64,000 nucleotides of DNA. It comes from Patescibacteria group bacterium. GTDB lineage: Bacteria > Patescibacteriota > Minisyncoccia > Minisyncoccales > JAHCRE01. The stretch covers positions 5,378 through 69,377 of the forward strand of contig JAHCRF010000001.1 of the NCBI GenBank assembly GCA_020148055.1, in the 5' to 3' direction. A program made the position numbers and the translations under genes. How positions within the stretch are numbered: position 1 is the first letter of the stretch; each line of letters begins with the position of its first letter. Shown piece by piece: positions 36,273-45,828 of the stretch. The notes beneath the pieces were generated by a model. That model was not told where the DNA came from. It searched no databases and was given only the letters and a program-made list of their open reading frames with translations.

Positions 36273-38021
36273 ATGCGTGTTGAACCGGGACAATTAAAAG
36301 CCTTTCTTTTAGACGCTGGTTTGGTTACCAAAGAGAAATTCGAGAAGGCTCTAAAAAAAGCTGAAAAGACCGAACAGAAAGTCGGGGATGTTTTAATTTC
36401 TGAAGGTTTGATTACCCAAGAGGAACTAATTAAACTCGAGGCCTATATTTTAGGAGTTCCTTTTGTGAATTTAGAAAAAGAAATCATTTCTCCGGAAGTT
36501 TTAAAGCTTATTCCTGAACCAATTGCCAGATCCCATAATATTGTTGCCTTTAGAAAAAAGGGAAAAACTTTAGAAGTAGCCATGTTGGATCCAGAAGATT
36601 TAAGGATGATTGAGTTTATTAAAAAGACTGCTAACCTTAAAATCCTACCAAGGCTAACTACTCCAGGCTCTATTAAAAATGTTTTGCGTCAATACCAAAA
36701 AACTTTGGAGGCTGAATTTGGCGAAATTATAAGAAAGGAAGCTGGGGAAATAATTCCAATAAAGGAAGAAGAAATAGTGGAGGAAAAAGAGGAACTAAAA
36801 AAAGTAGCCAAGGAATTACCAGTAATTCGGATTGTCGATACCTTGTTAAAACATGCCATTTTACAGAGAGCTTCTGATATTCATATAGAACCAACAGAAA
36901 AAGAAGTAATGATTAGATATCGAATTGATGGAATTTTACATGATGCCATGGTCCTTCCAAAACAAGCTAGCTCAGGAATTGTAGCCAGGATTAAAGTTCT
37001 CTCTGATTTGAAGCTAGATGAACATCGACTCCCCCAAGATGGTCGATTTAAAATTGAAACTGAGGAATATCGCTATTCTCTTCGAGTTTCCATTCTCCCA
37101 GTTTTTGGTGGGGAGAAAATCGTTATGCGCCTTTTACCAGAAGAAGCCAAGGTTCTTACTTTAGAAGGCTTAGGACTAAGAGGAGAAGCTTTAGAAAAAA
37201 TTCTAATTAATTTAAGAAAACCAGCGGGAAAGATTTTGATTACTGGTCCCACCGGCTGTGGAAAGACCACAAGCCTGTATGCTATGCTGGAGATTTTAAA
37301 TACTCCGGCAGTCAATATTTCAACTATTGAAGATCCAATTGAATACCGAATACCCAGAATCAATCAGACTCAGGTTAACCCAAAAATCGGCCTCACTTTT
37401 GCTTCTGGTTTAAGAACTTTAGTCAGACAGGATCCAGACATTATCATGGTTGGAGAAATTAGAGATAATGAAACCGCCGGTTTAGCTATCAATGCTGCCC
37501 TGACCGGACATTTAGTTTTGTCAACTTTGCATACTACCAACGCTGCCGGGGCCGTTCCCAGATTGATTGATATGAAAGCTGAACCATTTTTGATTTCCTC
37601 AACTTTAAATTGTATTTTAGCCCAGAGATTGGTCAGAAAATTTTGTAAAGAAAAAGAAAAATATAATCTATCAGAATCAGAAATAAAAAATTTAGAAAGA
37701 TACTGCAATTTGAATAGAATTTTGCAGATTTTAAAAGAGGAAAAAATTGTTAAAAAAAATCAAACCTTCAAAGATATTGAGTTTTTTCGACCGAAGTCCT
37801 CAAAAGAATGTCCAGAGGGCTACAAAGGTCGAATTGGAATTTTTGAAATTTTACCAATTACTGAAACTATAAAAGAGTTAATTGTTAAGCGGGCTACTTC
37901 GGATCAGATTCAGGCTCAGGCACAGAAAGAGGGGATGAGGACGATGATTGAAGACGGTTTCGTTAAAGCAGCCCAAGGAATAACCAGTATTGAGGAGATA
38001 TTACGAGTCATTATAGAATAA
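36273..38021 (+). CDS. pilB: type IV pilus assembly ATPase PilB (GspE family)
   Basis: N-terminal GSPII_E_N-like domains; Walker A GPTGCGKTT and the GspE Asp/His boxes. 582 aa. Confidence 0.85.
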   Translation: MRVEPGQLKAFLLDAGLVTKEKFEKALKKAEKTEQKVGDVLISEGLITQEELIKLEAYILGVPFVNLEKEIISPEVLKLIPEPIARSHNIVAFRKKGKTLEVAMLDPEDLRMIEFIKKTANLKILPRLTTPGSIKNVLRQYQKTLEAEFGEIIRKEAGEIIPIKEEEIVEEKEELKKVAKELPVIRIVDTLLKHAILQRASDIHIEPTEKEVMIRYRIDGILHDAMVLPKQASSGIVARIKVLSDLKLDEHRLPQDGRFKIETEEYRYSLRVSILPVFGGEKIVMRLLPEEAKVLTLEGLGLRGEALEKILINLRKPAGKILITGPTGCGKTTSLYAMLEILNTPAVNISTIEDPIEYRIPRINQTQVNPKIGLTFASGLRTLVRQDPDIIMVGEIRDNETAGLAINAALTGHLVLSTLHTTNAAGAVPRLIDMKAEPFLISSTLNCILAQRLVRKFCKEKEKYNLSESEIKNLERYCNLNRILQILKEEKIVKKNQTFKDIEFFRPKSSKECPEGYKGRIGIFEILPITETIKELIVKRATSDQIQAQAQKEGMRTMIEDGFVKAAQGITSIEEILRVIIE

Positions 38022-38022
38022 A

Positions 38023-39243
38023 ATGCCAAAGTTTTTCTATACTGCTAAATCTTTTAAAGGAGAAATAAAATCAGGAATTTTAGAAGCCAAAGATGAGCAT
38101 CAGTTAGCTAGAACCCTTCGCCAGGAAGGATATATTTTAATTTCAACAAGTTTAGAAAAAGAGATTGGGAAAGGGAAATTTAAGATTTCCCTTCCTTTTT
38201 TTGGAGGAGTATCCTTGACCGAAAAAATGATGTTTACCAGAAATCTTCGGATAATGATTGCTGCCGGTATATCTCTGCCCCGGGCTTTAGAAACTTTAGC
38301 TTCGCAGTCAAAAAGTAAAAAATTCAAGAAGGCTTTATTAGACGTAGCTGATGAGATTACCAAAGGAAGAAGCTTTTCTGATTCTTTAACTAAATATTCT
38401 GATATTTTCTCCGAACTCTTTATTAGCATGATAAAAGTAGGAGAGGAGGCAGGAACTCTAGAAGAGGTTTTAAAAATTTTAACTAATCAGATGGAAAGAG
38501 AACATGAATTAGAATCTAAAGTTAAAGGTGCGATGATTTATCCGGCGGTTATTATTTTTACTATGATCGGTATTGGAGTTTTAATGCTGATTATGGTTGT
38601 TCCAAGATTGGCTGAGACTTTTGAGGAATTGGCAATCGAGCTTCCTCCGACCACTAAGTTGGTAATTTTCCTTGGTAATTTTTTGGCTGAGAAATGGGCT
38701 TTAGCTGTCTTAATAATTCTCGCCCTTTTAATTTTATTTAGGATAATTTTAAAAACAAAGAGAGGAAAAAGAACAACCGATTTTCTAACTTTAAGAATTC
38801 CTATCATCTCCCCCATTATTAGGAAAACTAATTCAGCCTATACTGTTAGGACCTTAGCTTCTCTTATTACCTCAGGAGTGCCAATTGTCCGGGCTTTGGA
38901 AATTGTCTCGGGAGCCCTGGGAAATATTTACTTTCAAGAAGCAATGGCAGACGCCAGCGAGAAAGTTAGAAAGGGTTCTAAACTTTCCGACGCCTTGAGA
39001 TCCCATGAAGGAGTTTATCCTTCATTAGTTATTCAGATGATTGAGGTAGGGGAAGAAACTGGAGAAACTTCGACTATCCTGGCTAAGCTGGCCGATTTTT
39101 TTGAAGAGGAGGTTACCAATGCTACCAAAAATTTAACGGCAGTTATTGAACCAATCTTAATGCTTCTTATCGGAGGGGCTGTAGGATTCTTTGCAATTTC
39201 AATGATTCAGCCAATATACGGGATGTTAGGAGCAGTAAAGTGA
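38023..39243 (+). CDS. pilC: type IV pilus platform protein PilC (GspF family)
   Basis: Two GspF repeats with three TM segments. 406 aa, immediately downstream of pilB. Confidence 0.85.
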   Translation: MPKFFYTAKSFKGEIKSGILEAKDEHQLARTLRQEGYILISTSLEKEIGKGKFKISLPFFGGVSLTEKMMFTRNLRIMIAAGISLPRALETLASQSKSKKFKKALLDVADEITKGRSFSDSLTKYSDIFSELFISMIKVGEEAGTLEEVLKILTNQMEREHELESKVKGAMIYPAVIIFTMIGIGVLMLIMVVPRLAETFEELAIELPPTTKLVIFLGNFLAEKWALAVLIILALLILFRIILKTKRGKRTTDFLTLRIPIISPIIRKTNSAYTVRTLASLITSGVPIVRALEIVSGALGNIYFQEAMADASEKVRKGSKLSDALRSHEGVYPSLVIQMIEVGEETGETSTILAKLADFFEEEVTNATKNLTAVIEPILMLLIGGAVGFFAISMIQPIYGMLGAVK

Positions 39244-40148
39244 ATTCAAAATTCAAAATTCAAAATTCAAAATTGAATGTCGGGGTTACTCTTGTTGAGT
39301 TAGTGGTGATTATTGGGATTTTAGTTATTTTAGCTCTCATATCTGCCCCGGTCTTCCGTTTTTTTCAAAAAGAGTCAGATTTAAATAATAACACTGAGGA
39401 AATTATCAATACCTTAAGATTTGCTCAAAATAGAACTCTGGCTTCTGAAGGAGCTAGTCAATACGGAGTCTATTTTGATAACACTACCTCTCCCCATCAA
39501 TATACCTTATTTAAGGGCACAGATTTTGCTTCTAGAGATAGTTCTTCTGATGAAATTCATAAATTAGCAAAAGCAGTAGAGTTTTATGAAATTAATTTAA
39601 ATGGAGGAAATGAGTTGGTTTTTGATCGAGTAACGGGGAAAACTAGCCAACCTGGTAATGTTTCTTTAAGATTAAAAGTAGATCTTACAAAAACTAAGAC
39701 TATCTACATTGAGAGTTCTGGTCAGGTGGGGCTGACTATCCCGTCAGTCCCTACTGATGGTCAAGTAGAAGATTCCAGGCATGTTCATTCTGATTTAGGA
39801 TGGAGTATTCAAAACTCCACTGCTTTAAAATTTTCTTTTCCCGATATCCCACAAGTAGAAACCATAGATATGGCTGATTATTTTAATACTGGTAAAACAG
39901 AATTTGATTGGGAAGGAACATTTTCTGTAGGCGGGATCGACCAAATATTCCGAGTTCATACCCATGCTCTTGATGCATTTAATACTCTTCTCTGTATTCA
40001 TCGTAATCGAAACGATGGGAAAAATAACCAAGAAGTAATAATTTATATTGTCGACGGGGGAATAGATAAAGATATCGCCCATTATTTAGCCGATGCAGTA
40101 GATACTGTGGAAAAAGGTTTTTATGTTAATACAATGGAAAGACAATAA
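39240..40148 (+). CDS. type IV pilin-like protein (prepilin N-terminus), 302 aa
   Basis: Leader ...KLNVG then VTLVELVVIIGILVILALI, with Glu at +5 after the putative G cleavage site. The start is ambiguous: GTG 39240 or TTG 39273. Confidence 0.65.
   Translation: MNSKFKIQNSKLNVGVTLVELVVIIGILVILALISAPVFRFFQKESDLNNNTEEIINTLRFAQNRTLASEGASQYGVYFDNTTSPHQYTLFKGTDFASRDSSSDEIHKLAKAVEFYEINLNGGNELVFDRVTGKTSQPGNVSLRLKVDLTKTKTIYIESSGQVGLTIPSVPTDGQVEDSRHVHSDLGWSIQNSTALKFSFPDIPQVETIDMADYFNTGKTEFDWEGTFSVGGIDQIFRVHTHALDAFNTLLCIHRNRNDGKNNQEVIIYIVDGGIDKDIAHYLADAVDTVEKGFYVNTMERQ
39244..39271 (+). repeat. heptanucleotide tandem repeat (ATTCAAA)x4 at the pilC stop / pilin start
   Basis: attcaaa x4 read directly from the sequence, followed by the degenerate unit attgaat. 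It overlaps the first codons of the GTG-initiated pilin ORF. Confidence 0.8.
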
Positions 40149-40608
40149 AAAGGGAATATCAGTCATAGAAATTCTAATAGTTATCGCTATTATTGGTATT
40201 GCTTTGACTAGTCTTTTAGGCGTAGCCGCCTTTTCTTTAAAGGTTTCCGTTTCAATAAAAGAGACCACTCAGGCCAATGCTTTAGCCCAGGAGATAATTG
40301 AGGCAGTCAGAAATTTTCGAGATGGAACAACTTGGGATAGTGATGGTCTAGGAACTTTAACCACCAGCCTTGCTTATTATCCTCAAAAAACAGCCGATAC
40401 TCCTCCAAAATGGACCCTAATTCAGGGCGAAGAAACAATTAATGGTTTCACTCGAAAAGTGATTTTTGCAGATGTTATGAGGGATGCCAGTGATAATATT
40501 GTCGGAACTGGTGGAATAAATGACCCCAATACAAAAAAGGTGACCGTAACTGTTTCCTGGAAAGATAAAAAGGTAGAAATAGTAACCTATTTTACTAACT
40601 GGAAATGA
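40123..40608 (+). CDS. type IV pilin-like protein, 161 aa
   Basis: Leader MLIQWKDNKKG then ISVIEILIVIAIIGIAL (class III signal, E+5). Overlaps the preceding gene by 26 nt. Confidence 0.65.
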   Translation: MLIQWKDNKKGISVIEILIVIAIIGIALTSLLGVAAFSLKVSVSIKETTQANALAQEIIEAVRNFRDGTTWDSDGLGTLTTSLAYYPQKTADTPPKWTLIQGEETINGFTRKVIFADVMRDASDNIVGTGGINDPNTKKVTVTVSWKDKKVEIVTYFTNWK

Positions 40609-41126
40609 TGAAGAAACCACTTCAAAGAAGTTTCACTTTAATGGAAATTTTAGTTTATATTGCAGTTCTTTCTATTGTAATTACGGCTATTGTCTCGTTT
40701 GTTCTCTGGTTTATTCATTCCAATACTAAAACTAAGGCAATGCGAGAAACCTTGGATAATGCAAGAAGAGTTATGGAAATAATGACCTATGAGATCAAAG
40801 AGGCAAGAAGCATTTATGCACCAACTACTACTTCTACTCAACTCTCTTTGGAAACAACAAAATATTTGCCAGAAGGAGAAGAGACAAGCTTCATTGATTT
40901 TTATCTTTGTGATTATCGTCTCTGTCTTAAAAAAGAATCCCGAGATTCAATTGCTTTAACTTCAGATAGTGTGGAAATAAATAATCTGGTTTTTACCCGA
41001 ATTGTCTCTGGAGAAGTCCCTTCTATCCAGATTGATTTAACAATTGATTACAAAAACCCAACTAATCGACCAGAATATCAAGCCTCAGTTGGTTTAAAAT
41101 CAACTGTCTCTTTAAGAGAGTATTAA
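40605..41126 (+). CDS. type IV pseudopilin-like protein, 173 aa
   Basis: MMKKPLQRS then FTLMEILVYIAVLSIV hydrophobic N-terminus with E+5. Ser rather than Gly at -1. Confidence 0.55.
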   Translation: MMKKPLQRSFTLMEILVYIAVLSIVITAIVSFVLWFIHSNTKTKAMRETLDNARRVMEIMTYEIKEARSIYAPTTTSTQLSLETTKYLPEGEETSFIDFYLCDYRLCLKKESRDSIALTSDSVEINNLVFTRIVSGEVPSIQIDLTIDYKNPTNRPEYQASVGLKSTVSLREY

Positions 41127-41127
41127 A

Positions 41128-42936
41128 ATGTTAAATCTAAAAAAACAAAAAGGATTCGCCGCCTTCTTTATAACGATTTTAGTTTTAGTTGTAATGATGG
41201 GTATTGCTATTAGCATTACAGTTTTGAGCTTAGGTGAACATAAAATTTCAAGAAACATTACTAAATCTAACCAGGCCTATTATGTTGCCGAAGCCGGGAT
41301 TGAAGATAGTATTTATCGGATTATAAAAGGAAAAAATTATCAGGCAACTAATAGTCTGGTAGTAGAAGAGGGAACAGCAACTATCAGTATCACTGATGAA
41401 GATAGTTCGAAAGTTATTAAATCTAGCGGTGCAGTTTCTCAGAGGATTAGAAAATTAAGCACCACTCTTACCACTGAGACGATAACCATAGCTTTCCATT
41501 ATGGTGCCCAAGTGGATAGAGGAGGATTACAAATTCAGCCCAACGCTAGAGTGGTTGGAAATGTTTATTCCAACGGAAGCATTATGGGAAGCGGAACTGG
41601 TTTTGATTTCAGCGAAGTTTGTGAAAGTGGTGTTGCCTGTATTACTGGCGATGCCTGGGTGGCTGGAGGGGTAGCTCCTAATCCAGACCAAGAGTGGACT
41701 AGCCAAGATTCTGATTTTTCGTTTGGTTTGAAAATCGGCCCAGTTGATTACCTTGATACTGCCCAGAGCTTCGTTCCTTCTGAGTCAGAAGTATTAAATA
41801 TAGTCAGTCTTTATTTGAAAAAAGTCGGTGAGCCTCCCGATCAGACTGTTAGAATTTTGATTGATAATGGAGGTTCTCCATCTAATACTTCCTTGGCCTC
41901 AGGCACATTAAAAGCTTCAAAAGTGACTTCAAATTACGGCTGGATTGACGTGAGCCTTGATCCTCCGCCGAGCTTAACCGCCGGCCAAACTTATTGGATT
42001 ATGATTGATGTTGCTAGAGATGATGATAATCATTGGATCTGGGGAAAAGATAGCACGGATGGGTACCCCCTTGGAACTGGAAAATATACAAAGGATTGGA
42101 CAAAGTCCGATGCTGTATGGGCAGAGGTCGGCGGTGATTTAAACTTTAAAACCTGGATGGGAGGAATAATTACTTATATGGATGGAACCTGGGTTGGGGT
42201 TAATGCTTATGCTAATACCATTACCGATTCAAATATCACTGCTGATGCTTATTACCAATCCATTGAAAATACTGTTGTTTATGGAACAAGCTATCCTGGA
42301 AGTCCTGACCCACCAACCAAGGATTTACCAATTTCTTATGCTCAAATTCAAGATTGGGAGGCAGCGGCTGAGGCAGGAGGAGTAATTGGGGGAAGTTATA
42401 ATCCTCCTGATGGTTCCTCTCTGGGTCCGATAAAAATAAACGGCAATCTAACTTTCCCAAGTAATGGGACGGTGACGATCGAGGGACCAGTCTGGGTGAC
42501 AGGAAAAATTTTAGCCGAAAATAATGTCACCATTAAACTCAAAGAAGGTTTAACTTCTGGTTATACAATAATTGCCGATAATCCTTCTGACCAGGCAGGT
42601 TTTGGTCAGATAGAGCTTAATAATAATGTGATTACTCAAGATTCTCCCCAAGGTGGCAAACTCCTTTTTATTGCAACAAATAAATCTACTTCTATTGCTA
42701 ATCCATCCATTTGGCTTCATAACAACGTTAATCAAGAATTAGCTCAATCCATTATTTTGAGTCTCCATGGAACAATAAAAGTTGAAAATAATGTTAAATT
42801 TAAAGAAATAACCGGCTATGCAATATATTTGGCAAATAATGCTGAGATTGTTTATGAAATCGGTTTAATCAATGCTGGTTTTTCTTCTGGACCAGGAGGA
42901 GGTTGGGAAGTGACCAATTGGAAAGAAATTGAGTAA
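41128..42936 (+). CDS. large PilX-like minor pilin (602 aa)
   Basis: N-terminus GFAAFFITILVLVVMMGIAISITVLSLGEHKISRNITKSNQAYYVAEAGIED resembles the PilX N-terminal domain, followed by a large extracellular region. Confidence 0.5.
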   Translation: MLNLKKQKGFAAFFITILVLVVMMGIAISITVLSLGEHKISRNITKSNQAYYVAEAGIEDSIYRIIKGKNYQATNSLVVEEGTATISITDEDSSKVIKSSGAVSQRIRKLSTTLTTETITIAFHYGAQVDRGGLQIQPNARVVGNVYSNGSIMGSGTGFDFSEVCESGVACITGDAWVAGGVAPNPDQEWTSQDSDFSFGLKIGPVDYLDTAQSFVPSESEVLNIVSLYLKKVGEPPDQTVRILIDNGGSPSNTSLASGTLKASKVTSNYGWIDVSLDPPPSLTAGQTYWIMIDVARDDDNHWIWGKDSTDGYPLGTGKYTKDWTKSDAVWAEVGGDLNFKTWMGGIITYMDGTWVGVNAYANTITDSNITADAYYQSIENTVVYGTSYPGSPDPPTKDLPISYAQIQDWEAAAEAGGVIGGSYNPPDGSSLGPIKINGNLTFPSNGTVTIEGPVWVTGKILAENNVTIKLKEGLTSGYTIIADNPSDQAGFGQIELNNNVITQDSPQGGKLLFIATNKSTSIANPSIWLHNNVNQELAQSIILSLHGTIKVENNVKFKEITGYAIYLANNAEIVYEIGLINAGFSSGPGGGWEVTNWKEIE

Positions 42937-42960
42937 AAATTTTAAATTCAAAATTTCAAA

Positions 42961-42990
42961 TGTGGCCTAGGGCCACTTTTTATTTTTATT
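42961..42990 (+). terminator. hairpin terminator after the pilX-like gene
   Basis: GTGGCC-TAG-GGCCAC followed by TTTTTATTTTT. Confidence 0.5.
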
Positions 42991-43014
42991 TTTAATGATA
43001 TAATTAATTAGAAA

Positions 43015-44214
43015 ATGTTTGAATTTTTAACTTTAAAATCAGAAGCTTTTGGTTTAGATATTTCTGATTTATCTTTAAAGATTATAAAGCTCAAAAGAAA
43101 GCGGAAATTTTTGGGTCTGGCTTCTTTTAATAAAGCTGAGATAAAACCAGGAATTATTGAAAACATTGAAATTAAAGATGAGGAGGCCTTAGCTAATATT
43201 ATCAAAGAGGCAATTTCTAAAGTTGAGGGGGAAAAAATCAAAACAAAATACGTTGTTGCCTCTTTACCCGAAGAGAAAGCATTTTTGCAGGTAATTCAGA
43301 TGCCATTAATGAAAGAGGAGGAATTAAAAAAGGCAGTTTACTTTGAGGCAGAAAACTATATCCCTTTACCAATTGAAGAAGTTTATTTGGATTTTCAAAT
43401 AGTTAAGCCGATTTTTAATCATTTAGACCACCTTGATGTTTTAATTGCTGCTATGCCCAAGAAAATTGTTGATTCCTATATTTCTTGTTTAAAAAAAGCA
43501 GGTTTGGTTCCCAAAGTTCTGGAAGTTGAATCCCAGGCCATTGCCCGAGCCTTAATCAAGAATGAAGTTATTCCTTTCCCCCTTCTTTTAATTGATCTAG
43601 AAGCAACCAGAACCAGTTTTATTATGTTTTCAGGTTACAGTTTAAGGTTTACCGCCTCTATTCCTGTTTCTTCTCAGAAATTTACCGGAGCTATTTCTAA
43701 GGTTTTGAAAGTTGATTTGAAGGAAGCTGAAAAATTAAAAATAAAATACGGATTACGAGAAAAGCACCAGTTAAAAACTGAAAATAGTACAAAGAAAGAA
43801 ATAGGGAGAGGAAAAATTTTTGAAGCAATAGCTCCTCTTTTAAGGGATTTAATTGAGCAAATTAAAACCTATCTTGTTTATTATCGTACCCATGTTCATC
43901 ATGAACATCTCCCCGTTGATGCTAAAGAAGTTGAAAAAATTTTCCTTTGTGGAAAAGGAGCCAACCTTAAAGGACTTTCTGATTTTCTTTCCTTGGAACT
44001 AAAAATTCCAGTTGAGTTAGGTAACCCTTGGGTAAATATTTTACCAGAACCTCTCAAGGAAGTACCAGAGCTACCTTTTGAGACATCTCTTGGTTATACT
44101 ACTGCTTTAGGTTTAGCATTGAGGGGAGTCCAACCCACCCAGGGAGGAGGTCTCGTCGCGCTTGGCGAGAAGGCCTCTCGCGTCATGATCGCCCCCACTA
44201 AAGCAAGCCCCTAA
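43015..44214 (+). CDS. pilM: type IV pilus assembly protein PilM (actin-like ATPase fold)
   Basis: 399 aa with an FtsA/PilM-like pattern. Begins the pilM-N-O set. Confidence 0.75.
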   Translation: MFEFLTLKSEAFGLDISDLSLKIIKLKRKRKFLGLASFNKAEIKPGIIENIEIKDEEALANIIKEAISKVEGEKIKTKYVVASLPEEKAFLQVIQMPLMKEEELKKAVYFEAENYIPLPIEEVYLDFQIVKPIFNHLDHLDVLIAAMPKKIVDSYISCLKKAGLVPKVLEVESQAIARALIKNEVIPFPLLLIDLEATRTSFIMFSGYSLRFTASIPVSSQKFTGAISKVLKVDLKEAEKLKIKYGLREKHQLKTENSTKKEIGRGKIFEAIAPLLRDLIEQIKTYLVYYRTHVHHEHLPVDAKEVEKIFLCGKGANLKGLSDFLSLELKIPVELGNPWVNILPEPLKEVPELPFETSLGYTTALGLALRGVQPTQGGGLVALGEKASRVMIAPTKASP

Positions 44215-44220
44215 AAAATT

Positions 44221-44742
44221 ATGATTAATCTTTTACCGCCAAAAGAAAGAGAGAATTTAATTCAAGAAGAAAATTGGAAATTGGTTTTAATTTTAGGAAT
44301 CCTTTTTTTATCTCTTTTAATGTGTTTGATTTTAATTTTACTTTCGATTCAGATTTATAACTCTGGAAAAATTCAATCTCAGAAAGTTATTATTGAGATT
44401 GGGGAAAAAGAGTTTGAAGATCCAGAGACTCAAAATTTTCGGAAAAAAATTATTTTAATTAATCAAAATTTTTCGAAATTAAATTCTTTTTATCAGAGTC
44501 AGACTAATTTGATTGAGATTTTGGAAAAAATCTCGGGAACTTTTCCTGAAGAGATATATTTAACCTCCCTTTCTTATCAAAAAGAGAATCTCCAAATTTC
44601 CCTCTCAGGATATGCTCCCAACCGCGAGGTCTTAGTTGGATTTAAGAAGAATCTTGAAAAAGAATTTCCAGATGCCCATTTTTCACCCCAAAGTTGGTTT
44701 GAACCAACCGATTTTCAAGTAAATTTCAAAATTGTTCAATGA
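44221..44742 (+). CDS. pilN: PilN-like bitopic membrane protein
   Basis: Single N-terminal TM after a short cytoplasmic MINLLPPKERE, a conserved PilN-type start. 173 aa. Confidence 0.55.
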   Translation: MINLLPPKERENLIQEENWKLVLILGILFLSLLMCLILILLSIQIYNSGKIQSQKVIIEIGEKEFEDPETQNFRKKIILINQNFSKLNSFYQSQTNLIEILEKISGTFPEEIYLTSLSYQKENLQISLSGYAPNREVLVGFKKNLEKEFPDAHFSPQSWFEPTDFQVNFKIVQ

Positions 44743-45299
44743 AATTGAAGCCCGAGAGAAAAATTTATCTATCTTTAATAATTTTTGGAATAATAACTAT
44801 TTTATTAATTATTTTGATAATTCACCCCCTTTTTAAAGGAATCCAAAAAAATTCTGAAGAGTTCATTTCTCAGAAAAAGAAGTTAATTTTGCTCCAAGAA
44901 GAAATGAAAAGTCTCAAAGAAACAGAGGTTCTTTATAAAACCTATCAAACCAATATAGATAAAATTGATGATCTTTTTGCTGATCCGGAAGTCCCGATTG
45001 AATTCATCGAGTTTTTAGAAAAAAATGCGGAGAAATCTCAACTCTCAATTAAGATTTCTCTAATGGCTAGAAAAGAAACGGAGCCCTGGCCTAGTCTTTT
45101 TTTTCAAATCTCAACTGTTGGTTCTTTTCCTAATCTCTTAAAATTTTTAGAGAAATTAGAAGCTAGTTCTTATTTAATTGAAATTTCAGATTTGAACGTA
45201 AAAAGATTAACTGAAAAAGAGCTTCAATCAGACGAATTCAGAACTTTTTCCCTTGGTGATGTTTATACTATGTTTTTAATAAAAGTTCTCACCAAATGA
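44739..45299 (+). CDS. pilO: PilO-like bitopic membrane protein
   Basis: Single TM plus coiled-coil. Translationally coupled to pilN (4-nt overlap). 186 aa. Confidence 0.5.
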   Translation: MKLKPERKIYLSLIIFGIITILLIILIIHPLFKGIQKNSEEFISQKKKLILLQEEMKSLKETEVLYKTYQTNIDKIDDLFADPEVPIEFIEFLEKNAEKSQLSIKISLMARKETEPWPSLFFQISTVGSFPNLLKFLEKLEASSYLIEISDLNVKRLTEKELQSDEFRTFSLGDVYTMFLIKVLTK

Positions 45300-45300
45300 A

Positions 45301-45416
45301 AAGTCGCGGCACGCGACGGTCGCTCTTGCGACCGCGCTAACACCGCTCCTTAAAACCCATCGGTTTTAATCTTTCCGCTACGGGAAAACACCCAGTTTTC
45401 CCGACCCCTTTCTAAA
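45301..45416 (-). repeat. GC-rich ~115-nt intergenic element, copy A (inverted relative to copy B at 62003-62122)
   Basis: The reverse complement shares AGAAAGGGGTCGGGAAAACTG(A/G)GTG and CGGAAA(G/T)ATTAAAACCGATGGGTTTTAAGGAGCGG with 62003-62122. Contains hairpins CGGGAAAAC/GTTTTCCCG and AAAACC/GGTTTT. Confidence 0.55.
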
Positions 45417-45424
45417 TTTTTATC

Positions 45425-45754
45425 ATGATAAAAATTCCATTGAAATTTAAAAAAGACAAAGAATTTTTTAAGAAAATTCTAAGGATTCTAGGAGAGCATA
45501 TTTTTTTAAGTTTCCTCGTCCTCCTTTTTTTAGCTTTAATTTTAGGTGGTTTTATTTTTTATCAATATAGTTTTTTAGCTGAAAAGTTAGAACCTCAGAT
45601 TATTGAAAAACCCCTTCAGTTTGAAGAAGCTCTTTATCAAAAAATTTCAGAAGAATGGCAGATTCGCCAGAGAAGATTTGAGGAAACTGAATTAAAAGAA
45701 TATCCAGATTTATTTCGACTCCTTATTTTAATCCCCGAGGAATTGACTGAATAG
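45425..45754 (+). CDS. hypothetical small bitopic membrane protein (109 aa)
   Basis: One TM helix and an acidic C-terminus. It follows the pil genes. Confidence 0.35.
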   Translation: MIKIPLKFKKDKEFFKKILRILGEHIFLSFLVLLFLALILGGFIFYQYSFLAEKLEPQIIEKPLQFEEALYQKISEEWQIRQRRFEETELKEYPDLFRLLILIPEELTE

Positions 45755-45787
45755 CTTAATTATGAGCGAAGCGAGGAAAAAAGGACC

Positions 45788-45816
45788 TTGCAAAAGGTTC
45801 TTATTTTAGATATAAT
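45788..45816 (+). promoter_or_regulatory. sigma70-type promoter for the tRNA-Arg/His cluster
   Basis: TTGCAA - 17 nt - TATAAT, ending 13 nt before the tRNA-Arg 5' end. Confidence 0.45.
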
Positions 45817-45828
45817 ATAGAGATCAGA

